NCBI GenBank assembly: GCA_039796295.1
Contig: JBDKJY010000034.1
Coordinates: 4,325-68,324 of the forward strand
Reading direction: 5' to 3'
From: Verrucomicrobiota bacterium
GTDB taxonomy: Bacteria; Verrucomicrobiota; Verrucomicrobiia; Limisphaerales; SXTU01
Length of the DNA: 64,000 nucleotides
A program made the translations under genes and the position numbers. Every line of letters begins with the position of its first letter. Position 1 is the first letter of the stretch. The notes below the pieces were generated by a model that did no database searches, was not told the origin of the DNA, and saw nothing but the letters and a program-made list of their open reading frames with translations. This document shows positions 52,381 to 61,368 of this stretch, piece by piece.

Positions 52381-52536
52381 ATGTCACAGCATCGCAGTCT
52401 CCGCGCCACCAGCACCCTCGGGGCGAAGCGCAACGTCTTGAAGCGCTACGAGCGCGTCGAAATCCTTAAGAAGGCCGGCAGTTGGAAGGAAGGCGACCGC
52501 GTCACCAACCTGCGCAAGACCAAGCCTCCGGTCTAA
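52381..52536 (+). CDS. Small basic protein (PVC-typical family)
   Basis: MSQHRSLRATSTLGAKRNVLKRYERVEILKKAGSWKEGDRVTNLRKTKPPV. Confidence 0.7.
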   Translation: MSQHRSLRATSTLGAKRNVLKRYERVEILKKAGSWKEGDRVTNLRKTKPPV

Positions 52537-52596
52537 CCGCCCGGCCCCGCGCCGCGCCATCTGCTCCACCCTTTTCGGGAAGCCGTCCGCCGCGAG

Positions 52597-53358
52597 GTGC
52601 GACGGCTTTCTTTACTTGTGCAAGTCCGCCTCCAAAAATTTATCGCCGAAGCTGGCGTGGCTTCCCGCCGCGCCGCCGAGCGCCTCATCTTCAACGGCTA
52701 CGTCGAGGTCAACGGCAAGGTCGTCAAGGAACTCGGCACCAAGGTGGACCCGCTCCACGACCTTGTGAAGGTCGAGGGGCGCCCGCTCAAAACGAAGCGC
52801 AAGATTTACGTCGCACTCAACAAGCCGCGCGGCGTGCTCTCCACGCGCAGCGATGATTTGGACCGCCGCATCGTCACTGACCTATTGCCGCTGGAGTGGG
52901 CGCACCTGCATCCGGTCGGGCGGCTGGACCGGGACAGCGAGGGGTTGATTTTCATGACCAACGACGGGGACTTCACGCTCCATCTCACCCACCCGCGCTT
53001 CGGCGTGCGCAAGTGCTACCGAGCCATCGTCGAGGGCCGCGTCGAGCCAGAGATGCTGCGGCGTTTCATCGCCGGTGTGGAACACGAGGGCGAGACGCTC
53101 AAGGCCGAGCGCGCCCGTATCGTGACCGCGAATAACACGCACAGCATCGTGGAACTCGAACTCGCCGAGGGTAAGAACCGCGAGGTGCGCCGGCTATTCG
53201 AGTCGCAAAGCCTGACCGTCGAGCGGCTCCAGCGCACGCAGATTGGCCCTATCCGGCTGGCGGAACTGCCCGAAGGCCGCTGGCGGGCGCTGACCGATAC
53301 GGAAGTGAAATCTCTCCTCAAGGGCTCGCCGCCGCCGGCTCCGCTGCTACAGAAATAA
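52597..53358 (+). CDS. Pseudouridine synthase, RsuA/RluB family (S4 + catalytic domain)
   Basis: RLQKFIAEAGVASRRAAE.., catalytic GRLDRDSEGL. Confidence 0.9.
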   Translation: MRRLSLLVQVRLQKFIAEAGVASRRAAERLIFNGYVEVNGKVVKELGTKVDPLHDLVKVEGRPLKTKRKIYVALNKPRGVLSTRSDDLDRRIVTDLLPLEWAHLHPVGRLDRDSEGLIFMTNDGDFTLHLTHPRFGVRKCYRAIVEGRVEPEMLRRFIAGVEHEGETLKAERARIVTANNTHSIVELELAEGKNREVRRLFESQSLTVERLQRTQIGPIRLAELPEGRWRALTDTEVKSLLKGSPPPAPLLQK

Positions 53359-53400
53359 GGAGGTAAACTTTGGGAATCCGTCGTTTCGCTTCGGCGGCGA

Positions 53401-54921
53401 CTACTTCGTGCTGAGGTCAAAGCACGCCATCTCCACGGCGTTGCGCACGAAGAGCTTTCCGCCCGCGATCGCCGGGTGATTCCATGTCTTGCCCTTGATG
53501 GCCGGGAGGCGGGCAACTTCAGCATGGCGGTCGGGCAGCGCCTGCACGAGCGCGAGGTCGCCGTTTCCACAAAGGATGACGAGGTGACCGCTCGCGAGGA
53601 GGAGTTGGCCGTAGCCGTAGCGTCCATCCTTCCACCGCCGCTCGCCCGTCGCGGCGTCGAGGCAGACGAGGATGTCTTCATCGAGGCCGTAGAGGTGGCC
53701 ATTGTGCAGCACAGAGCTGGTGAATTTGTTCTTCAGGAACTTGTTTCGCCAAGCCTCCTTCACCGTGAAGCCGCTCCCGCTCCGTTGCACCTCCAGCCCC
53801 ACCGCGCCCGTGCCATAGCCCGCGCTCAGCGCAACGCGGTTCGTGCCGGTCACGATGGGTTGCGCGATGGAGTTGTCGAACTCGACGCGCCACGGGAAGC
53901 GCCAGAGCGCCTTGCCGTCCGTGGGCGACACGCCGAGCAAGTGGCTCGAACTGTGGACCAGCAACTGCCGTTCGCCCGCGAGCGTGACCAGCATCGGCGA
54001 GGAGTAACCGGCCTTGCCTTCAAGCGCTTTCCAAGCGAACGCGCCGGTGACTTTGTCGTAAGCGATGAGCATCCGCGCGTCGCGGCCCTGCGGCTCGCCG
54101 GCGAGGACGAGTACCTTGTCCTCTACGATGAGCGGCGCGGCGCTGAGGGCGAAGTAGAGGTTTGAGCAACTATGCTCCGCGAACAGGTCGTGCTGCCAGA
54201 GGAGCTTGCCGGTCGCGGCTTCGAGGCAACGGAACTGCCCCGTGCCGCCGAGCGAGTAGAGCCGCCCTTCGTGCCAAGTGGGCGTGGCGCGCGGGCCTTC
54301 ACCGCCCATCCACTCTTGGAAGTGCGCCGCGTAGCTGTGTGTCCAAACCTCGCGGCCCGTCTCGACTTCGTAAGCCGTCACCGCCTCCTGCTCGCGCCGT
54401 TGCTCGATGGTGAACGCCAGCCCGCTGGCCACGACGAACGACGCGTAGCCCGCGCCGACGGGTTGCTGCCATAGCAGCTTCGGCGGTGACTTCGCCCAAT
54501 CTATGTTGATGGCTTGCTCGGTGTAATGGCCGTCACGCTGCGGCCCGCGGAAGTCGGTCCAGTAGGGCGGAGTGGTGGGCTTCGCTGCGGGCGTAACGGG
54601 CTTGGCGGTGGGAGAAGTGCTCCTGGCTGCGCGGGCTTTTTCCAGCCGGGCGTAGTCGGTGACTTGCCAAGTCGGAACGGGAATGGGCCGCCCCTGCATC
54701 TCGAACTGCAACCCGGCGAACTTGTGGAGCAGGAACAAAATCGCCGCCGCGTAAGGCAGCGTGAAGAGCACGATGCCCAGCGTGCCGAGCAGCTTGTGCC
54801 CGCGCGTCGCCGACCCGCGCCAGAGCAGCCACAAGCCAGCGGGCGGGAATGCGAGCGTGGTAAACCGGAGCTGACGAGCGGTTGTGGGTGTGGGCAGCGC
54901 GGTGGGTGATTCAGCGTTCAT
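53401..54921 (-). CDS. Membrane-anchored PQQ-like beta-propeller protein
   Basis: Start at MNAESPTAL... Two N-terminal TM segments followed by propeller blades. Confidence 0.75.
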   Translation of the reverse strand: MNAESPTALPTPTTARQLRFTTLAFPPAGLWLLWRGSATRGHKLLGTLGIVLFTLPYAAAILFLLHKFAGLQFEMQGRPIPVPTWQVTDYARLEKARAARSTSPTAKPVTPAAKPTTPPYWTDFRGPQRDGHYTEQAINIDWAKSPPKLLWQQPVGAGYASFVVASGLAFTIEQRREQEAVTAYEVETGREVWTHSYAAHFQEWMGGEGPRATPTWHEGRLYSLGGTGQFRCLEAATGKLLWQHDLFAEHSCSNLYFALSAAPLIVEDKVLVLAGEPQGRDARMLIAYDKVTGAFAWKALEGKAGYSSPMLVTLAGERQLLVHSSSHLLGVSPTDGKALWRFPWRVEFDNSIAQPIVTGTNRVALSAGYGTGAVGLEVQRSGSGFTVKEAWRNKFLKNKFTSSVLHNGHLYGLDEDILVCLDAATGERRWKDGRYGYGQLLLASGHLVILCGNGDLALVQALPDRHAEVARLPAIKGKTWNHPAIAGGKLFVRNAVEMACFDLSTK

Positions 54922-55470
54922 GACAACGCGGCGCAAGATAGCGGCCCGGCCCACCGCGTCCACGCCGAACCGGTCCGCAGGCAAAGACGTAACGTGTCTC
55001 CGTCCAACCCAGAACCCAGAACCTAGTCTGAGACTCCCCATGTCCGCGCATACCACCGAGGCTCGGCTTGCGAGGGGGAACCCCACGGCCCCAAGGCCCG
55101 TGATTTCAGACGCTAAACCCGGCCTCATCGGTCGGATTGGAAAACGAGGCCAACCACAGTTCAGCCCGACCAGGCTCAAGGACAGGAGCGCGCTGCGGGG
55201 CCGCGGCAGAAAAGTAGCCCCGGCGTGAGTCGTGGGTGGCGTGCGCGCACCGCAGTGAGCCCCCCGCGTGGCGACAGAAAGCAGGGCCGCACCGGATTGG
55301 CGCGTCCTTCTGCCGCTGCTCCGTTGCTCCGACCAAGGCTTCGCGCGGTTGGTGTTTTTACACGGGCTGTAAAGCCGGGTGCGATTGAGCGGAGAAGCGT
55401 TGCAATCGTTGACTCGCGCCCCGCTCAACTGCCCCGCGCATATGAAGCTTGCTGCGGCTAGACAGCCGCG

Positions 55471-58400
55471 TCAGGGCAGCGCTGACTTCGCTGTAGTCAG
55501 GCTCTCGGCGATAAGTTCCACGCCACTCAGGACCGGACCAGCCTTCGCCCCCGCTGCGCGGGTCAGGGTGATTTTCAACTCCTTCGCGATGACAATGCCC
55601 TTGAACTCCTTCACCACGCCGCTGCGGTCACCGCCCGCCGCGCGGGCGATGTCGAACCGCTCCAACACCGCGCGGCCTTGCAACGCCACGTCGAAGACGC
55701 GCCCGCCGGGGGGCAGGTCATCCGGCTCGGCGAAGTGCAGGCGCACGGTGTAGGGCGAGGGTGCGGGCGGCGGGCGCAGCGGAAGCGCGGGGGCGTTGGT
55801 GGCGGTGCTGGGGAGGCTGTTGGTCGCGCGCTTGGCGAGGAGTTCCAGCAGCGGGGCAGCCTTCGTCGGATCACGGCCTTCGTCTTCCTCATCCTCCTTG
55901 GTGCGCGCGGGCTTCGCGGGCTTCGGGCGCACCATCTCGGGCGCGATGGTGATGACTTCGCAATCGCGCACGCCGGAGGCCGCTACCCACGGCAGGCTCG
56001 CGCTGCTCATCTGCGACGCGTGGCGGCGGAACCAAGTCACTTGCTTGCCCGTCACGGTCACGGGCACGCCGGGCGAATCGCCGCCGACGGACGGGTATTC
56101 CACCCAGAGCGTGCCGTCCTCCGCGCGGCGGTCGCCGGGCGCGCCGAAGTTGATGCCAATGCGCGCGATGCGGTCGCCCTCCTGCCCATCCAGACCAAAC
56201 TGGCTGTAAGTCCACATCTCCATGTCGGGCATGTGGACCAGCGCGAGCGAGGTCTGGTTTTGGTAGGAGCAAGTGCAGGTGCGTGTGTAGTCCGGCGCGT
56301 TGAGCACGCCATTGGCGACGACGAGGTTCGCCGTGCAGCCGGACTTGAAGCCACCGAGGCTCGCAGTGCCGCTCTTGGACAAGAGGTCGTAAAACCCCGC
56401 CGAACCGGAGCGGAACGTGAGCAGGTTCTCGCTCGCGACAATGTTGTTGCAGCCGTAAGCCCGCGAGACGCGCCACGGCTCCAGCTTGCCGGTGAGCGGG
56501 TTGGCGACGAGGTGCGGCGTTCCGTCGAGCAGGTTGAACGCGCCGCTGGAGGCTTGATACGAGTTCGCGCTCGTGAGGATGAGCGCGTGGTGGAGGATGC
56601 ACGGGCCGGTGTATTTGCGCAGCAAATCCTGCCAACGCACGGAGCCGTTCGTGCCCTGATACGCGGTCATGCCTTCGCCCACCTCGTCGCGCAAGCGGTC
56701 GGTGGCCTTCGCGCCCGCGAGGAGCAAGGTGTCGTGCTCCTTCGAGTAACTCAGCCAGGTGCCAAAGATGTTCGTATCGGCGGACCACACCGGCTGGCCG
56801 GTGCGGGCGTCGAGGGCGGTGATGGCGTAGTCCGTGGGCGAGGGCAGGCCACGCCGTTTAAGTTTGTCCTCGGCGCTCTTGGGCAACTTGTCGAGGGCAT
56901 AGACGCGGCCGTTGCCAGCGACGATGCCGTTGTGGAGAAAGCTGTGCCGGGCCGGTGCGCGCCAGAGGAGCTTGCCCGTGTGCCGGTCGAAGGCCGCGAG
57001 GCCCGCGCTCGCGGAGAAGTCTTCGATGGTGTTGGTCTGTGTCGTGCCGCCGAGCGTGCGCGAGTAGTTCGCGTAGCCTTCGCCGCCGAGCAACACGTCC
57101 TCGTAAAGGCCGATGAACGCCCACTCGCCGGGTGCTTGACCAGCGGGCGGAGCGGGGAGCGCGATGGTCTGGCGGAGCTTGCCGGTGCGGGCGTCGAGCA
57201 CCTGGCAGGCGCTGCCGACGGCGACATAGACGGAGTCCTCGGTGGCGACGTAGTTCGCGCCGCGGCCGTTCGCGCCGGGGATGTGCTTCTGGTTGTAAGC
57301 GGTGCTCAAGGGCGTGTTCGTGTAGCTCTTGTCGAAGTAGATGCCAAAGGTGCCGAGGTTCGTGAACTCGGTCTTCCACAAGAGCCGGCCCGTGTAAACG
57401 TCGCGAGCGCTGAAGCTGTCCATGCCTTGCAAAATCATCCGCCCGCCGATGACCTGCTCGGGCGGGCCGTGGCCGTGGCGCGGGAGCACGTCGAGGTTCG
57501 AGTTGCCGCCGAACCAGAGCAGACCCAGCGGGGCTTTCACGCGGGCGTCGTCGGACTTCACGGTGTTGCCGATGTCGCCGTATTGGTGCGTCCAGTCGGC
57601 GGCGTCGGGCAGCGGGCCGACGCGGGTGAGCAGGAGTGGAGCGCGGACGCCTGCGTCTGCGGCAGGGGGTGTCGTTGGGGAGGAAGCGGCTGCGGACGTG
57701 GGCGTCCGCGCTCCATGCACTTCGGCCCGCTCCAGTTTTGCCTCCGCGATGGTGCGCTGGAACTCCGCTGCCGCCTCGCCTGCCACCGGAACCCACATCG
57801 TCCCGCCATAGGGCCGGAGTGATTCGTAGGCCGCGCGCAACGCCGCCGGGTTGCGCAGGTGCGCCACGGCGGACTCGCCGACCACGATGAGATTCGCGAA
57901 GTAGGGCGGGGCCTTGAAGTTCACGGCGTCGCCGACGTGCAGCGAGATGCGTTTGCCGTAGAGCTTGGCGGCATCGAAGCGGCGGCGCAGCGCGTCCACC
58001 TTCGCTGCGTCGGGGTCAACGGCGACGACGTGCAACTTCGAGTTGGCCACCAGCGCCTCGAGTAACTCGCCGTCTTCCGCGCCGAAGCACAGGGCGTAGC
58101 CGTCCCGCGCGTCCACTGCGGCCAGCATGGCTTTGGCCTGCGCGACGATGGCCGCGGTCTGCTTCAGTGGAACTGCCTTGTCCGTGAGCGTGACGGGCTT
58201 GTTCGTGCCCGCGCCGAACGCGAGGATGCGACCATCCAGCGTCACCGCCAGCAACGTGCCGTTCGCCGCGAGCAGTCGCTGCGTGCCCGCTGGCAGCGGG
58301 TGCGACCACGCCACGCGCGCGCCGCGCAGGCCGCTGGGCAACTCGATGGCACGGAGTGCATTCGTGCCGGCTGCGTAGAGGCGGCGGCCTGCCTTGATGA

Positions 58401-59451
58401 GGTCGCCGGACGCGTCGGCTTTGAACTCCCACGTCACGTTCGTGCCGGTGACGGCTTGGAGCACGGAGCCGGTTTTGTTGGTCACGTAGCTGTAGAAGAC
58501 CGGGCCGTCGAGCACCGGTTCGTTGCCGGTGAACTTGCCGGACTTGCCGGACTTCAGCTCGTAGTTGCGCACGCCGCGCAGCCGCGTGTGGACGAAGAAC
58601 TCCGTGTCGTTCGCCGCGACGAACGAGCCGCCGTTGCCCTTCGCCGCCGCGCCAATCTGGAAGTGCAGGAACGCGCCCGTGTGCCGGTCAAACGCCGCCG
58701 GCACCGAGCGTCCGCCCGGCACGAGGAGAATGTCTTTGGTGGCGACGAGCGCTCCCTGCGGCGCGACGCCTGCGAAGGACGGCGCGCTGTGCGGCTGCTT
58801 GATGAACTGTGCGCCGGTGCTGTCGTTGACCCAAAGCACGCGGCCCGTCGTGGCCTCCAGCGCGTAGATGAACGTGCCCATGAACGGCCAGATGCTCGCC
58901 GCGAAATACACGCGCTCATCGCGCACCACCGGCCCGCCGCGCGCGGGCCACGAGGAAATGACACGTTGGTTGCCGAGGACTTTCCGCTCGGAGGGGCCGC
59001 CCCGGAACTTCCACTGGAGCGCGCCGTCCGCCGCGCTGACGCAGTAGAGCTGGCCGTCGTCACTGGAGAAAATGACTTTGTCTTGCCACGCTACCGGCGC
59101 GAACCGCACCGGACCATCGGTGTAGAACGCCCAGAGTTCCTTGCCCGAGCGCAGGTCCAGCGCGATGACTTTGTCGCTGTCGTTGAAGCTGAGGAAGACG
59201 CGTTCGCCCAAGACCACCGGCTCGAAGACGCGGTCGTAGGGCATGAGGTCGTGGTTGAGCGGGTCGTCCCAGACCTGGACGCGCGGGGTGTATTTGCGGG
59301 TCCACTGGAGGTTGAGCTTGTCCGGCAGGACTTCCGGCGAAGCGGCGGAACGCTGGGCGTCGAAGCGCCACATGGGCCAGTCGGCGGCGGACAACCAGCT
59401 GCTGGTGAGCAGCCACAGTGCGGCGAGGAGCAGGGCAGCGGAGCGGGGCAT
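55471..59451 (-). CDS. Giant secreted PQQ-like propeller protein with an embedded methyltransferase-like domain and a C-terminal malectin-like domain
   Basis: 1326 aa with a signal peptide. ..GYALCFGAEDGELL..VVAVDPD.. (Rossmann-like). C-terminal YTVRLHFAEPDD..GGRVFDV.. Confidence 0.85.
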   Translation of the reverse strand: MPRSAALLLAALWLLTSSWLSAADWPMWRFDAQRSAASPEVLPDKLNLQWTRKYTPRVQVWDDPLNHDLMPYDRVFEPVVLGERVFLSFNDSDKVIALDLRSGKELWAFYTDGPVRFAPVAWQDKVIFSSDDGQLYCVSAADGALQWKFRGGPSERKVLGNQRVISSWPARGGPVVRDERVYFAASIWPFMGTFIYALEATTGRVLWVNDSTGAQFIKQPHSAPSFAGVAPQGALVATKDILLVPGGRSVPAAFDRHTGAFLHFQIGAAAKGNGGSFVAANDTEFFVHTRLRGVRNYELKSGKSGKFTGNEPVLDGPVFYSYVTNKTGSVLQAVTGTNVTWEFKADASGDLIKAGRRLYAAGTNALRAIELPSGLRGARVAWSHPLPAGTQRLLAANGTLLAVTLDGRILAFGAGTNKPVTLTDKAVPLKQTAAIVAQAKAMLAAVDARDGYALCFGAEDGELLEALVANSKLHVVAVDPDAAKVDALRRRFDAAKLYGKRISLHVGDAVNFKAPPYFANLIVVGESAVAHLRNPAALRAAYESLRPYGGTMWVPVAGEAAAEFQRTIAEAKLERAEVHGARTPTSAAASSPTTPPAADAGVRAPLLLTRVGPLPDAADWTHQYGDIGNTVKSDDARVKAPLGLLWFGGNSNLDVLPRHGHGPPEQVIGGRMILQGMDSFSARDVYTGRLLWKTEFTNLGTFGIYFDKSYTNTPLSTAYNQKHIPGANGRGANYVATEDSVYVAVGSACQVLDARTGKLRQTIALPAPPAGQAPGEWAFIGLYEDVLLGGEGYANYSRTLGGTTQTNTIEDFSASAGLAAFDRHTGKLLWRAPARHSFLHNGIVAGNGRVYALDKLPKSAEDKLKRRGLPSPTDYAITALDARTGQPVWSADTNIFGTWLSYSKEHDTLLLAGAKATDRLRDEVGEGMTAYQGTNGSVRWQDLLRKYTGPCILHHALILTSANSYQASSGAFNLLDGTPHLVANPLTGKLEPWRVSRAYGCNNIVASENLLTFRSGSAGFYDLLSKSGTASLGGFKSGCTANLVVANGVLNAPDYTRTCTCSYQNQTSLALVHMPDMEMWTYSQFGLDGQEGDRIARIGINFGAPGDRRAEDGTLWVEYPSVGGDSPGVPVTVTGKQVTWFRRHASQMSSASLPWVAASGVRDCEVITIAPEMVRPKPAKPARTKEDEEDEGRDPTKAAPLLELLAKRATNSLPSTATNAPALPLRPPPAPSPYTVRLHFAEPDDLPPGGRVFDVALQGRAVLERFDIARAAGGDRSGVVKEFKGIVIAKELKITLTRAAGAKAGPVLSGVELIAESLTTAKSALP
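57638..57714. repeat. Inverted pair of the 34-nt palindromic element, in frame inside the giant CDS
   Basis: The copy at 57681..57714 is identical to 1998..2031. A diverged inverted copy lies at 57638..57665. Together they encode the linker GARTPTSAAASSPTTPPAADAGVRAP. Confidence 0.8.
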
Positions 59452-59453
59452 TC

Positions 59454-59894
59454 TCAGCCCTTGACCTCAAAGATGGCCTCGACCTCGACGGCTGCGCCGG
59501 TGGGGAGCTGGGCGAAACCCAGTGCGCTGCGGGCGTGGAAGCCGTCGCCGGTCTTGCCGAAGATGGTGTGCAGGAGGTCGGAGGCACCGTTGATGACGAG
59601 GTGTTGGTCGGTGAACTCGAGGGTGGAGTTCACGCAGCCGAGCACCTTGAGCACGCGCAGGCCGTCGAGCGTGCCGTGGGTTTGCCAGACGGACCGCAGG
59701 ATTTTCTCCGCGCAGTTCTTCGCAGCGGCGTAGCCCTGCTCGACAGTGAGGTTGTCGCCGAGCTTGCCCTTGAGGTCGCTGACGTGGCCGGAGGTGAGGA
59801 GCTGGTTGCCGCTGCGGATGCAGAGGTTCAGGTAGCCAGGGGCGGCGTGCGCGAACTTGAGGCCGAGGTTTTCGGCGGTTTGTTGGGGAGTCAT
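59454..59894 (-). CDS. RidA-family protein
   Basis: MTPQQTAENLGLKF..ARSALGFAQLPTGAAVEVEAIFEV. Internal ATG. Confidence 0.8.
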   Translation of the reverse strand: MTPQQTAENLGLKFAHAAPGYLNLCIRSGNQLLTSGHVSDLKGKLGDNLTVEQGYAAAKNCAEKILRSVWQTHGTLDGLRVLKVLGCVNSTLEFTDQHLVINGASDLLHTIFGKTGDGFHARSALGFAQLPTGAAVEVEAIFEVKG

Positions 59895-60052
59895 GGTGTT
59901 GAGTGATTGCGTGAACTGGGCATTGACGACGGTGGGAGCGTGCCTTGGCGGAGGCGGGCTGGTCCAACGCTTTCCGAAGGCTTCACCGCCCGGGCCCGGG
60001 CCCGGTTCATTTTGCTCCCGGTGAATCGCTCTTGCGCCTACACTCCAACCGC

Positions 60053-60928
60053 ATGGCACTCATCGGCAAACGCAACTTGCTCTACGCGCTCCGGGATTCC
60101 GCTTCGGGATTTTACCTCGACGGCGAAGAACTGGGCGAAATCCTGCTGCCCCGCCGTTATTGCCCGCGCGGCCCGGCCCCGAGAGAGCGGATGGACGTGT
60201 TTGTTTACCGCGATTCGGAGGACCGGCTGGTGGCCACCACGGAGCAGCCGTTCGCGACGGTGGGTGAGTTCGCCTTCTTGAAGGTCAAGGACGTGCATCA
60301 TCAGGTCGGGGCGTTTCTGGACTGGGGGTTGTCCAAGGATTTGCTGCTGCCGTTCCGTGAGCAAGGCGTCCCGGTGCGCGCGGGTGACCATGTGGTGGTC
60401 GCCGTCTGTCTCGATGAGAAGACGGATCGCATCATCGCCAGCGCGCGGTTGAACCGGCACCTGAGCCCCGAGCAACCGCCCTATCGCATGGGCGAACCCG
60501 TCACCTTCCTCATCACCGGGCGGACGCCGCTGGGCTACAACGCCATCGTCGAGGATGCCCACGCTGGCTTGCTCTTCCACAACAACCTGGCCGCGCCGCT
60601 GGCGACGGGCGAACGGCTCCATGGTTTCGTGCGCACCGTGCATCCGAGCGGGAAGATTGACCTGAGTCTGGATGCGACTGGCTATCAACGCGTGGCCGGG
60701 CTGACCGAGCAGATCGTGGAGGCGTTGGTGGGCAACGGCGGACGGCTGGACTTTGATGATGACAGTTCTCCGGAAGTCATTCGGGACAACTTCGGCGTGA
60801 GCAAGAAGGCGTTCAAACAGGCGCTGGGAAAACTCTACCGAGACCGCCGCATCGAGTTTCTGAAACCAGGCATCCAGTTGCTCGACAACTCCTCGTGGTC
60901 GCCGGGGGCGGATGACGATGCTGTTTAG
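60053..60928 (+). CDS. S1-domain RNA-binding protein (CvfB/YitL-like)
   Basis: ..VGAFLDWGLSKDLLLPFREQ.. Repeated S1-like modules plus a winged-helix C-terminus. Confidence 0.75.
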   Translation: MALIGKRNLLYALRDSASGFYLDGEELGEILLPRRYCPRGPAPRERMDVFVYRDSEDRLVATTEQPFATVGEFAFLKVKDVHHQVGAFLDWGLSKDLLLPFREQGVPVRAGDHVVVAVCLDEKTDRIIASARLNRHLSPEQPPYRMGEPVTFLITGRTPLGYNAIVEDAHAGLLFHNNLAAPLATGERLHGFVRTVHPSGKIDLSLDATGYQRVAGLTEQIVEALVGNGGRLDFDDDSSPEVIRDNFGVSKKAFKQALGKLYRDRRIEFLKPGIQLLDNSSWSPGADDDAV

Positions 60929-60946
60929 GTCCACATCCAACCAGCC

Positions 60947-61348
60947 ATGAGCAAACCCCAGCGGATTCCCACGGACGGCGGGCCGGGCTTTGGCCACAAC
61001 CCGTTCGACGCCCTCTCCAGCGCAGGTCTCCCGGCGGCTCCCGAAGTGCCGCCCGCATCCTGCCCACCGCAGAGCGCTGGTCCGACAAAGGCCGTGAAGA
61101 AGAACCGGGGGCGCGTGGACATCCTTCGCGTGAAAGCGGGGCGCGGCGGTAAGACGGTGACGGTGGTGCGCGGCTTTGTCGGCATCGGGCTGCTGGAGAA
61201 GGAGCAGCTGGCCAAGGCGATGCAGCGCGCGTGCGGCACGGGCGGGACCGTGAAGGACGGGCAGATTGAAATTCAAGGCGACCAGCGTGAAGCGGTCGCG
61301 CGCATCCTGACGGAAGCGAACTTTCGCCCGGTGCTCGCCGGCGGCTGA
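60947..61348 (+). CDS. SUI1/YciH-family translation initiation factor
   Basis: ..GRGGKTVTVVRGF..LAKAMQRACGTGGTVKDGQIEIQGDQ.. Confidence 0.85.
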   Translation: MSKPQRIPTDGGPGFGHNPFDALSSAGLPAAPEVPPASCPPQSAGPTKAVKKNRGRVDILRVKAGRGGKTVTVVRGFVGIGLLEKEQLAKAMQRACGTGGTVKDGQIEIQGDQREAVARILTEANFRPVLAGG

Positions 61349-61368
61349 ACGCGGATGGTGGTCGCCGG

